Below are positions 10,417-17,693 of a stretch of DNA of 26,658 nucleotides, one piece after another. The translations under genes were made by a program, and so were the position numbers. The first letter of the stretch is position 1, and each line of letters starts with the position of its first letter. The notes under the pieces were generated by a model. It did no database searches. It was given only the letters and a program-made list of their open reading frames with translations, and had not been told where the DNA came from. Source of the stretch: a virus (taxonomy: Duplodnaviria > Caudoviricetes); IMG/VR virus record IMGVR_UViG_3300031658_000096, positions 1 through 26,658 of that record. One strand, written 5' to 3'.

Positions 10417-10588
10417 TTTATGTCGATTTTATGTCGTTTTTTAATTATCTAAATTCTTGTATTCTAACTACTTATATTCTTTAATGTTAGTAATGCTAAT
10501 AATAATATAAAAAGTATAGATAATAATAGTTGATTAATAATTTTTACTATAGAGTTCAGTAAAACCCTTTAAAAGTGACATTTGTCAC
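10416..10588. repeat. Origin-like element A (ATGTCG-type repeats, AT-rich spacer, GTGACA-tt-TGTCAC palindrome)
   Basis: TTTTATGTCG twice (10416, 10427), TATATTCTTTAA at 10473, palindrome at 10575-10588. Same architecture as 19972-20150. Confidence 0.5.
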
Positions 10589-10600
10589 AGTTTATCGCCA

Positions 10601-10624
10601 AGAAAAGGGGCAAAAGCCCCCTTT
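10601..10624 (-). terminator. Intrinsic terminator-like hairpin after the SSB-like gene
   Basis: Minus strand reads GGGGC-TTTT-GCCCC followed by TTTTCTT. Confidence 0.7.
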
Positions 10625-10645
10625 GTCTTAGTGATGTGTAGTTGT

Positions 10646-10906
10646 TTAGAAGGGGTTATCCTCTTCAGTTTTTTTCTCTTCAGTTTTTGCTTCAGGCTTA
10701 AATGTGTCGATAGCCACGTAATGTGTTTTTCCGTACTGGTCTACCTCTCTTTTTTTCTGAACAATTAATTTAACGTACTCTTTGTTGTTGTACTCGAACT
10801 TCCAGTCTTTCGGAAGATCTGATAAACACACAGATATTGCTACTTGGTCTCCTTCAAACTTTGATTTTCCACTTCCTACATAAATTTTCTCAATTGAATC
10901 ACTCAT
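10646..10906 (-). CDS. Probable ssDNA-binding protein
   Basis: Small beta-rich protein with an acidic tail ending EEDNPF, downstream of the SSAP and exonuclease genes. Confidence 0.65.
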   Translation of the reverse strand: MSDSIEKIYVGSGKSKFEGDQVAISVCLSDLPKDWKFEYNNKEYVKLIVQKKREVDQYGKTHYVAIDTFKPEAKTEEKKTEEDNPF

Positions 10907-10907
10907 C

Positions 10908-11090
10908 TTATTTAATTTTAATTGTTTGCTCCATGTGGTTTAATGTAGATAACATAATATTATTTTTATGTTCTACGCTGTTACAAGACATTGGAACTTC
11001 TATCCACATAACAGATTTTTTTGGTGTAAATTTCAGTAGCTTATAATATTTGCTTATGAATGTACGAATGTATATCTTCAGTTGCTTCAT
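10908..11090 (-). CDS. Hypothetical protein
   Basis: ORF-track 10908-11117. The start is uncertain; MKQLK at 11090 minimises overlap with the exonuclease gene. Confidence 0.55.
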   Translation of the reverse strand: MKQLKIYIRTFISKYYKLLKFTPKKSVMWIEVPMSCNSVEHKNNIMLSTLNHMEQTIKIK

Positions 11091-11784
11091 TGCTAAAATA
11101 TTTTTGATAAACCTCAACAGCTTGTTCTACTTTTTCTTGCCCTCCTCTTAAAAAAGAATCAGAACATTCAAAAATACCTAATCTTGCTGTACGCTTATCT
11201 ATTACTAAAAAAATTAATGGCTTACCAAAGAGTCTTTGGTATACATAGGCTTGACTATCATAGTTATAAGTCTTGGCGCTATACATAAATTTATCTATGT
11301 CTCCACTGGTTTTTATGTCCACTAACAAACCCTTGTTATGGTTTACAATATCAGCTTTACCCTTCCAGTCTAAAGACATAATCTTTTGTATCTCTGGAAC
11401 TTCAAACTCATTTCCATCATCATAAATATAATCAAACATCTCCATGTTAGAGGTCATCTTAGTGCATAAAAAATCAAGGTGTTCCCTTTCTTTTGATAGT
11501 AACAACATCTCCCCAAGTGAGTTCTCTAATGCTTCTTTGTACTTAACAGAGTTTCTTGATGTAACATCAACCTCAATAAAATTGTCTATTTTTTGTGGCT
11601 CTAATATTTTAGTGTGAAAATATCTTCCTTCCAACATTGGCTTGGTCATCTCCTGATTAACTCTAAACTGCGTTGGATTTTTTAACAGCTTTCCTATGTC
11701 GGAATTCGATAAGTACTGCTTACCGAACTCCCCATAGTATTTAGAGTCATCTTCAAGGTGTTTTAAGATCTCTGATTTATCCAT
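11041..11784 (-). CDS. Exonuclease VIII/RecE-like PD-(D/E)xK nuclease (DUF3799-like)
   Basis: YLSNSDI, GRYFHTKILEP, KGKADIV, VDIKTS, YNYDSQAYVY. Confidence 0.85.
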   Translation of the reverse strand: MDKSEILKHLEDDSKYYGEFGKQYLSNSDIGKLLKNPTQFRVNQEMTKPMLEGRYFHTKILEPQKIDNFIEVDVTSRNSVKYKEALENSLGEMLLLSKEREHLDFLCTKMTSNMEMFDYIYDDGNEFEVPEIQKIMSLDWKGKADIVNHNKGLLVDIKTSGDIDKFMYSAKTYNYDSQAYVYQRLFGKPLIFLVIDKRTARLGIFECSDSFLRGGQEKVEQAVEVYQKYFSNEATEDIHSYIHKQIL

Positions 11785-12385
11785 TTTTTATAGCTTTAGC
11801 AAGTTCCTTTTTTACAACAGCTTTCATGTTGTACTTAGTTTCTAATCTTTTAGCAATCTCCTCAAGACCTAAAGATTTATTTTTAGCAACAAAAGAAAGA
11901 ACCTTTACCCAGTTTGTATCTCCAATATCTAAGGTAATAAGAGTTTTAACTTTCTCTGCTTTAGGAGGTGTTGCAGTCACGTTTGTAGTCTCTACTAAAT
12001 CCTCTCCAGCATACAAGCTTAATCCAAGTCCATGCATTGCAATAGCTTTTGCAGTTGCTCTTTGGATTGCTGTGTTTACATCCATGGATGTGATTTTATC
12101 TACAGTAATTGATTTCTGTCTGAAATCTTTAATTGGAAGATAATCAATATGCTCAATATTGTTTACTATAATACCAACCTTTACATAACCAGTTACACCA
12201 TCAGTGAACCAGTTTAGTCCAGTCTCAGGAGATTCGTAAACATTTCTTTGTGCATCTGAATGCTCTAATTTTAGGTATGCCCATGCATTAGCCCATGATA
12301 GGTAATCGAGATTACCTTTTTTCTCAATTTTGCTTTTTACGTTTATCGCAACCAGCTTTTCAAAATAACTTTTCTCTGTACTCAT
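11777..12385 (-). CDS. sak3: Sak3/DUF1071-family single-strand annealing protein
   Basis: IEKKGNLDYLSWANAW, LPIKDFRQKSI, DVNTAIQRATAKAIAMHGLGLSLYAGEDL. Confidence 0.9.
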   Translation of the reverse strand: MSTEKSYFEKLVAINVKSKIEKKGNLDYLSWANAWAYLKLEHSDAQRNVYESPETGLNWFTDGVTGYVKVGIIVNNIEHIDYLPIKDFRQKSITVDKITSMDVNTAIQRATAKAIAMHGLGLSLYAGEDLVETTNVTATPPKAEKVKTLITLDIGDTNWVKVLSFVAKNKSLGLEEIAKRLETKYNMKAVVKKELAKAIKNG

Positions 12386-12396
12386 TTGATTTGATT

Positions 12397-12795
12397 TTAA
12401 TTAATAATTGATTTTAACTTTAACTGAAGCTCTGCGTATTTATGCAAGGCTTGTTCTCTTTTGTTTTTTAGATTTTGAATGTGTTTGTCGTTTTTACGAG
12501 TATTAACTTCATTCTTGATTTTATTTTCTATAAGCTCCAGCTTATGTAAGCAATTTGATATTCCTAATTTTATACAGCCCACGTTCCATCCACTTTCTTT
12601 AAAAAAAGAATACTCTATTTGAGTACACTCAGTGTAGTAATCCCCACCTTTAGTTGTATTCATTATTCTAATTTCATCACTGAATTTATGAATCTTAACA
12701 CCCATCTTCATTACATTAAATCCTATAGGCTGGTCACTAAAAACTGGCTCATTTTGATTCATTGCCTGATGTAAGATTTCTTTTAACGTGTACAT
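12397..12795 (-). CDS. Hypothetical protein with C-terminal coiled coil
   Basis: ORF-track 12397-12846. The likely start MYTLK at 12795 lies immediately after the upstream stop. Confidence 0.75.
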   Translation of the reverse strand: MYTLKEILHQAMNQNEPVFSDQPIGFNVMKMGVKIHKFSDEIRIMNTTKGGDYYTECTQIEYSFFKESGWNVGCIKLGISNCLHKLELIENKIKNEVNTRKNDKHIQNLKNKREQALHKYAELQLKLKSIIN

Positions 12796-12796
12796 A

Positions 12797-13090
12797 CTAA
12801 TTGTGTAAAATTTCAGTAATAAGATTCTTGTAGTCTGAATCTCCATCTATTAATTCTTTAGCTTTCTTATAGCTGTAAATAATATTAGAATGCGTCACTT
12901 TGTGACCATTCTCTTCCATGAATCTCTTTATATATGAAACTCTAATTGGTCTTTCCATACACAGATAATAAAGCATCTGTCTTGCATCTACAATGTCTCT
13001 TCTTCTGTTCTTTTCAAACATCTCATCTAAAGTGATGTGAAATTTCTTAGCTATTGCTTTAGCGTAAACATCAAATATATCTCTTTTCAT
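12797..13090 (-). CDS. Second DnaA domain IV-like HTH protein
   Basis: ITLDEMFEKNRRRDIVDARQMLYYLC...HSNIIYS matches the DnaA_C pattern (R.+.iv.aRQ.amYL...H+tv.y). Confidence 0.8.
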   Translation of the reverse strand: MKRDIFDVYAKAIAKKFHITLDEMFEKNRRRDIVDARQMLYYLCMERPIRVSYIKRFMEENGHKVTHSNIIYSYKKAKELIDGDSDYKNLITEILHN

Positions 13091-13345
13091 TTATTTGGTT
13101 TTTAGTTTGATTAATTCAAACTGCAAGTGATCTATTGCTTTCTGAATATCTTCATTAGGATTCTCGTGTTTACTATATGCTCTTAGTATGTAAGTACATG
13201 CAGTTCCTAAATTGTAATTTAGATTAAAATTTGTCACTACCTCGATGGCAGTGTAGTTGTTGTCTCCATCGTAATAAGAGGGTGTATCAACTTTTACTTC
13301 TTCTAATGTATTGGTGCTTGTCCAATGTTGTCTGTCTATTGCCAT
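13091..13345 (-). CDS. DUF3310-family protein
   Basis: PSYY...AIEVV...NYNLGTACTYILRAYSK...EDIQKAIDHL. Confidence 0.85.
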   Translation of the reverse strand: MAIDRQHWTSTNTLEEVKVDTPSYYDGDNNYTAIEVVTNFNLNYNLGTACTYILRAYSKHENPNEDIQKAIDHLQFELIKLKTK

Positions 13346-13359
13346 TACGTTATGTTTTG

Positions 13360-13390
13360 TACCACAAAAACCCCCACATTTCTGTGGAGG
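13360..13390 (-). terminator. Terminator-like hairpin followed by TTTTTGTGGTA
   Basis: Minus strand CCTCCAC-AGAAAT-GTGGGGG-TTTTT. Confidence 0.65.
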
Positions 13391-13422
13391 CGATTGTTTA
13401 AATCAACTACAATTCAAACTGG

Positions 13423-13563
13423 TTAGATACCTAAAGGGACTTCATCCTCTTCAATCTCTGTAAATTCTGTGTACTCAATTTCTTCTGTTTTCAATTCTTG
13501 CTTGTCCTTGTTAGGATTAAATGATAGGAAAAGCTCTCTTAATTCAATATAGTTTTTTGTCAT
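13423..13563 (-). CDS. Small acidic protein (46 aa, MTKNYIELRELF...EEDEVPLGI)
   Basis: Read manually. It has an A-rich leader and a promoter-like box upstream. Confidence 0.7.
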   Translation of the reverse strand: MTKNYIELRELFLSFNPNKDKQELKTEEIEYTEFTEIEEDEVPLGI

Positions 13564-13595
13564 GATTTTATTAAACTTTAGTTATACTTGGTTTG

Positions 13596-13603
13596 TAAAG
13601 ATA
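13596..13603 (-). promoter_or_regulatory. Possible Bacteroidota -7 promoter variant (TATCTTTA)
   Basis: One mismatch to TAnnTTTG, placed just downstream of a terminator-like hairpin. Confidence 0.45.
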
Positions 13604-13636
13604 CTATAAATACATAGTAACTAAGCTATGTTTTTT

Positions 13637-13683
13637 AAAAAAGATACGACAACGTACCCAAGAAGATATGATGTCGTACCCAA
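13637..13683 (-). terminator. Large-loop hairpin with U-tract
   Basis: TACGACA (13645-13651) pairs with TGTCGTA (13672-13678); a T6 tract follows on the minus strand. Confidence 0.5.
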
Positions 13684-13703
13684 AAATACTTGTTATTGCC
13701 CAT

Positions 13704-14315
13704 CTATGAATTGCTTTCCAGCACCATGTTTACAAATTCGTCCACATGTATTTTGTGTGCGTAATCATGCTCTTCTTTCATAGCATGTTCTAACTCCTCT
13801 CTATCGGTTTCTTCTTCAAAATTGTAATATAGATTTTCCATCCATGAGCCAACATCATCCACGTATCTACTCTCGTGATAGGTCATTTCTTTGTGGTCTA
13901 CAATTCCTTTTTCATTAAATTCAACTATACCAGCAAAATCGCAACCACACTCATCATACTCCATATTAGCAGTCAGGTTGTAGTAAATACAAATCTGCTC
14001 AACTAAGCTTATTGGTGGACTCCAAGCACTATCTCCAGCAATCGTAAAGTCATCAGCATCATCATAATTGTAACTCTTTAAGCAAAATTCCCACCATTTT
14101 GTTCCATAGGTGTAACACATTTGATAACGCTCTATATTCACATGTCTTTCCTCCAAAACTTCAAGGCTATCTCCAACCTTACCCTTGTCTAAAACAAAGT
14201 CTCCAAACTCTGTAAAGTAGTTTGTTTTGTCATACTCCTTGAACTTGTTTTTTAATTTTTTAAGCTGTGTAGCATCTCCATTAAACACTACGTGATTCCA
14301 ACAATTGTTTGCCAT
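13704..14315 (-). CDS. YubB/DUF1281-like ferredoxin-fold protein
   Basis: MANNCWNHV, YGTKW, DSAWSPP and YDECGCDFAG follow the MPNWCxN / WGTKW / TAWSPP / YxEPG.FxG family pattern. Confidence 0.8.
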   Translation of the reverse strand: MANNCWNHVVFNGDATQLKKLKNKFKEYDKTNYFTEFGDFVLDKGKVGDSLEVLEERHVNIERYQMCYTYGTKWWEFCLKSYNYDDADDFTIAGDSAWSPPISLVEQICIYYNLTANMEYDECGCDFAGIVEFNEKGIVDHKEMTYHESRYVDDVGSWMENLYYNFEEETDREELEHAMKEEHDYAHKIHVDEFVNMVLESNS

Positions 14316-14347
14316 TTTATTTAATTTTAATTATTTGACTTATGTCG

Positions 14348-14388
14348 TGAATAGGGGAGAATCGAACTCCCCAAGCACCATGCTATTC
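14348..14388 (-). ncRNA. Minimal tRNA-like element 1 (acceptor stem plus T-arm)
   Basis: GAATAG-CATGGTGCTTG-GGGAG-TTCGATT-CTCCC-CTATTC-A; no D-stem or anticodon arm. Confidence 0.75.
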
Positions 14389-14399
14389 TATTGTTATTA

Positions 14400-14792
14400 T
14401 TAGTAGCTTGATTCAACTACAACCACATTGTCTTTCACAATAATTTGACCAGTATCTTCCCACTCTTCTCCTCGCCACTCTACCTTACCACTAATCTCTA
14501 CGTCCCATACCTTGAACACATACTTAATTAGATATTCTAACCACTCCACGAACTTGTAGAATTTCTCTCCCTCATCCCATTGGAGGTATAGTTTCTCATC
14601 AGAACTTTTATTGTATGTGGTGTATCCCCATTCATTTACTATTTCCCATTGTAACCATATAGATGGTTTACCATTTGGTTGATAGCCATCCTCATGTCTC
14701 TCGTCGTGAAACTTTTTGTATACTTTAAGCATATCGTCTGTAAGAGGTTTATTGAATTCAAATCTTCCTCTAAAATCTGTAGTGTATCCCAT
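14400..14792 (-). CDS. Hypothetical early phage protein (MGYTTDFRGRF...)
   Basis: ORF track; aromatic-rich globular sequence in operon orientation. Confidence 0.8.
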   Translation of the reverse strand: MGYTTDFRGRFEFNKPLTDDMLKVYKKFHDERHEDGYQPNGKPSIWLQWEIVNEWGYTTYNKSSDEKLYLQWDEGEKFYKFVEWLEYLIKYVFKVWDVEISGKVEWRGEEWEDTGQIIVKDNVVVVESSY

Positions 14793-14798
14793 ATCGTT

Positions 14799-15029
14799 TT
14801 ATTTTATTTTTATTAATGATTTGTTAATGCGTAATACGAATTGCTGTAGCTCGTAAATTTCATCACTACCAATTCTGTCGCTCCAACCCAGCATTTCTTT
14901 TATCTGAGTTCTTAAATCTATCATGTCCAATTTCATGGTCTTGATTGTTTTTTGAGATTCCATGTAGTCTCCCATTAGAGATGTTATTTTGTTAAAATCT
15001 CTGTCTTTTTGTGTTTCCTTGTAGCTCAT
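14799..15029 (-). CDS. Hypothetical protein (76 aa)
   Basis: ORF track, operon orientation, A-rich leader. Confidence 0.75.
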   Translation of the reverse strand: MSYKETQKDRDFNKITSLMGDYMESQKTIKTMKLDMIDLRTQIKEMLGWSDRIGSDEIYELQQFVLRINKSLIKIK

Positions 15030-15064
15030 CTTATAATTGATTTTTATTTTGGCTTAATTGCCTT

Positions 15065-15101
15065 TACCACCAAAAACCCACTCCGTTTTGGAAGTGGGTT
15101 T
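15065..15101 (-). terminator. Terminator-like hairpin followed by TTTTTGGTGGTA
   Basis: AAACCCACT (15074-15082) pairs with AGTGGGTTT (15093-15101); U-tract on the minus strand. Confidence 0.7.
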
Positions 15102-15120
15102 GGCTTATTAAGGGATCTGT

Positions 15121-15351
15121 TTAATCGTTCTTATTTTCTTGTACATATTCATACAGCTGAGTTGATATCTGTGTCTCTAAAAAATCATAGTAGAAAGTTG
15201 TAATATCCTCTCCATTTAAGAACACTTTAGTAACCTCTAACTCATCCTCTGGAGGCGATTCATAATCTCCATCATCCCAGTAGTAATCGTAATGGATTTC
15301 TAACTCATATGCGAACGCTTCTGTAATCTCGTAAACTCCTTGTATCTTCAT
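15121..15351 (-). CDS. Highly acidic small protein (76 aa)
   Basis: D/E/Y-rich (YDYYWDDGDYESPPEDELE); ATGA coupling with the upstream gene. Confidence 0.8.
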   Translation of the reverse strand: MKIQGVYEITEAFAYELEIHYDYYWDDGDYESPPEDELEVTKVFLNGEDITTFYYDFLETQISTQLYEYVQENKND

Positions 15352-15596
15352 ATCTCAAAGTCTTTAGTGAATGTCCAATCGTAGCATCCATATCCATGAT
15401 TAGTTGTGTAGATGTATCCAAGTGATACAAGTTTAGATACAATCTTATTTGCGTGTGCTTGAATTACATTGTCGTAAACTCCACCACTATTGTCTCCCAA
15501 ATAACCACTACTTACTTTTGCATAGTTATCCTTTTCTAATGTCTCGATGCATCGAGATGCATAGTCTTTTACTTTTTGAATATCTTCTGTTGTCAT
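15348..15596 (-). CDS. Hypothetical protein (82 aa)
   Basis: ORF track, operon orientation. Confidence 0.75.
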   Translation of the reverse strand: MTTEDIQKVKDYASRCIETLEKDNYAKVSSGYLGDNSGGVYDNVIQAHANKIVSKLVSLGYIYTTNHGYGCYDWTFTKDFEI

Positions 15597-15599
15597 AAT

Positions 15600-15737
15600 T
15601 TATCTATTTACTGTGTTATAATTTCCAGCCCTTGTGGAGCAACCTCTATTGCTACCACATGACATTAAATTAATTAAAATTAATATGGCAAATGATATTG
15701 CCATTACTCTACTAAATACTTTAAATGATTTCTTCAT
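15600..15737 (-). CDS. Small lipoprotein (45 aa)
   Basis: MKKSFKVFSRVMAISFAILILINLMS-CGSNRGCSTRAGNYNTVNR: basic n-region, hydrophobic h-region, lipobox LMSC. Fills the gap exactly. Confidence 0.7.
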   Translation of the reverse strand: MKKSFKVFSRVMAISFAILILINLMSCGSNRGCSTRAGNYNTVNR

Positions 15738-15738
15738 A

Positions 15739-16017
15739 TTATAATTGGAATTGGTTTAGTTTTTGCTTGTTATTACCCAGTGGTTTATGACCTTCCAAAT
15801 CAGCAATAATATCGATATTTTCAAATATATCTTGATTGATATTGTCTCCAGTCATGACCTCTTCTAAGACATATAAGGCTTCTTCATCACTTACATCGTA
15901 GCTTTGTTTAACGTCATCTACGTGCCATAAATTTGCTGTAAAATAACCTTGAGATTCAAGGTATTTTTTTGCTGTGTCAATCTTTGATAATCTAAATTCT
16001 TCTGTAAGTTTTCCCAT
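15739..16017 (-). CDS. Hypothetical protein (92 aa)
   Basis: ORF track; TAATG coupling with the upstream gene. Confidence 0.8.
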   Translation of the reverse strand: MGKLTEEFRLSKIDTAKKYLESQGYFTANLWHVDDVKQSYDVSDEEALYVLEEVMTGDNINQDIFENIDIIADLEGHKPLGNNKQKLNQFQL

Positions 16018-16265
16018 TATAATTGATTTAATTTATTAATACTATCACTGAAATCTACTCCAGCAATCACATTGGATTCTGATTCTTTACATCCTTCCAT
16101 TTCTACCCATTGGTCGTAAGTTCTGTAGGTGGTTCGGACATGAATAATAGACTCTAATGACTCTATGCTTCTGCCATTGATATTGCAGACTAATCGCATT
16201 TCTTCTTCGGTTGCGATGGTAGTTACATCGTCCCATACTTGATTGAATTTTGATGTTTGATACAT
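16017..16265 (-). CDS. Hypothetical protein (82 aa)
   Basis: ORF track, operon orientation. Confidence 0.75.
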   Translation of the reverse strand: MYQTSKFNQVWDDVTTIATEEEMRLVCNINGRSIESLESIIHVRTTYRTYDQWVEMEGCKESESNVIAGVDFSDSINKLNQL

Positions 16266-16306
16266 GATTATATAGTTGATTAAAATAAAGGCTTAATTGC
16301 CTTAGA

Positions 16307-16347
16307 TACTGGAGCAGGAATCGAACCTACTTTACAACCATTCCAGC
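16307..16347 (-). ncRNA. Minimal tRNA-like element 2 (acceptor stem plus T-arm)
   Basis: GCTGGA-ATGGTTGTAAA-GTAGG-TTCGATT-CCTGC-TCCAGT-A; same dimensions as element 1 with different stem sequences. Confidence 0.75.
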
Positions 16348-16360
16348 TGGACAGCATGTG

Positions 16361-17095
16361 CTATAATTTACTGCTGTAGTTCAAAGTTATCCACTCACAC
16401 AGCTTTGCTTGATTACCTCCATCTAACTCCATGTAAAGCTTAAAGAAATTCAATGTACCTCCATAGGAATTACGCTGGTTTAAATTAGCCCATTTGGATG
16501 CGATGTGATTACACATGCTGGTGTTATCTGACCATACTTGCTGTATCCAGTTGTGAGGGAAATTGTTAGCAAAATACATGAACTCAGTTATCTGCTCCAC
16601 ACCACTTTCGATAGGAGCTGTAGAGAACTCGTTTTTTATGCTTCTGATTCCATTTGATTTTTGCTCTCCTTTATTAAAATCTTCAATGGTTTTATATTCC
16701 GTTTCAAACATATTGTTATGCTCGTAAATAAGTTCCATAATTTCTGCTTTAGTTAGAAACTGCGTAGCATCTTTATCATCAGATTCACGATATACATACT
16801 GGTGTGTTATTGTGCATCCTTCACTGCTGTGTGTGTTTCCTTCTTCATCCATGTCTTGATACCATTCTGTCCATAAGTACAGCTCTTGCTCGTACGCATC
16901 TGATAGGATAAAGTCATCTGAATAAAACCCCTCTTTACCACCTATTCTCAGGTATTCATTTTTGTGGTTTTTCTTTAGCCATAGTAATAGACTTGACTCT
17001 CTATTAATGGTTTCTCCAGTATGCAAAAGGTATCCTTCATGCATTCCTTCTCCAGTAATAATACATGTTCTTGGTGCTTTGTTTGAATTGCTCAT
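16361..17095 (-). CDS. Hypothetical acidic, probably multi-module early protein (244 aa)
   Basis: ORF track; lies between hammerhead 2 and mini-tRNA 2. Confidence 0.8.
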   Translation of the reverse strand: MSNSNKAPRTCIITGEGMHEGYLLHTGETINRESSLLLWLKKNHKNEYLRIGGKEGFYSDDFILSDAYEQELYLWTEWYQDMDEEGNTHSSEGCTITHQYVYRESDDKDATQFLTKAEIMELIYEHNNMFETEYKTIEDFNKGEQKSNGIRSIKNEFSTAPIESGVEQITEFMYFANNFPHNWIQQVWSDNTSMCNHIASKWANLNQRNSYGGTLNFFKLYMELDGGNQAKLCEWITLNYSSKL

Positions 17096-17118
17096 AATTG
17101 TAGTTTAATTTTAAATTA

Positions 17119-17167
17119 AGTTAATACGCTTCACAGCGTTTCATCGTTACCGAATCATCAGTTAACT
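17119..17167 (-). ncRNA. Type I hammerhead ribozyme 2 (GUA site, variant stem II)
   Basis: AGTTAA-CTGATGA-TTCG-GTAA-CGAT-GAAA-CGCT-GTGA-AGCG-TA^TTAACT. Confidence 0.8.
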
Positions 17168-17170
17168 GGG

Positions 17171-17473
17171 TTATATTCTTGGTACAAAATGTTCATCTTC
17201 ATAAATCAATCCAATGAAATCGTGAAGGATATCTTCATGCGAGAATTGTGATTCCTCATTGAATAATCTACCAGCCCATTCTTTATTGTACATTATAAAT
17301 ACTGCACAAACACCAGTCTTGTTTAACCTCTGCTGGTCGGCATAATGCTCAAGTATATTGTTTGGTATTAAGTCTTGTAATTGTTGTGTTCTTTCACACA
17401 TTTCTGTGGCTCTAAATCCATCCATAATTCTTATTGTTTTGTTATTATTATCATTCCTTTTTTGCCAATCCAT
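17171..17473 (-). CDS. Hypothetical protein (100 aa)
   Basis: ORF track; exact start uncertain. Confidence 0.7.
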   Translation of the reverse strand: MDWQKRNDNNNKTIRIMDGFRATEMCERTQQLQDLIPNNILEHYADQQRLNKTGVCAVFIMYNKEWAGRLFNEESQFSHEDILHDFIGLIYEDEHFVPRI

Positions 17474-17682
17474 TTGTCAATTATTGATTTGCTCTTAGCA
17501 TTTACAAAATCTAAATCTAAAAACATTGCAATCCCTAATGCTCTATTCATGGCATAATCATACACGTTCGTAGTGTTAAACAATTTGCCATTTACAAATA
17601 CTTTATAAGTACTTGTTTGTTGAGTAACAACTTTACCATTTACTGATTTTGTAGTTGTTCCATCTTTCCAGTTAATTTCCAT
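17431..17682 (-). CDS. Hypothetical protein
   Basis: ORF-track 17431-17730; the likely start MEINWK at 17682 follows an A-rich leader. Confidence 0.65.
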   Translation of the reverse strand: MEINWKDGTTTKSVNGKVVTQQTSTYKVFVNGKLFNTTNVYDYAMNRALGIAMFLDLDFVNAKSKSIIDKWIGKKGMIIITKQ

Positions 17683-17693
17683 AATTATTGTTT

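Noticed and set aside
15051-15120. Twister or other ribozyme at the 15.1-kb gap
   Set aside because: Conserved twister, pistol and HDV-like core nucleotides and pseudoknots were not found; it reads as a hairpin plus U-tract.
14348-16347. Conventional tRNA genes at the two TTCGATT T-loops
   Set aside because: Only 11 nt separate the acceptor strand from the T-arm, so there is no D-arm or anticodon arm and no encoded CCA. Reported as tRNA-like elements instead.
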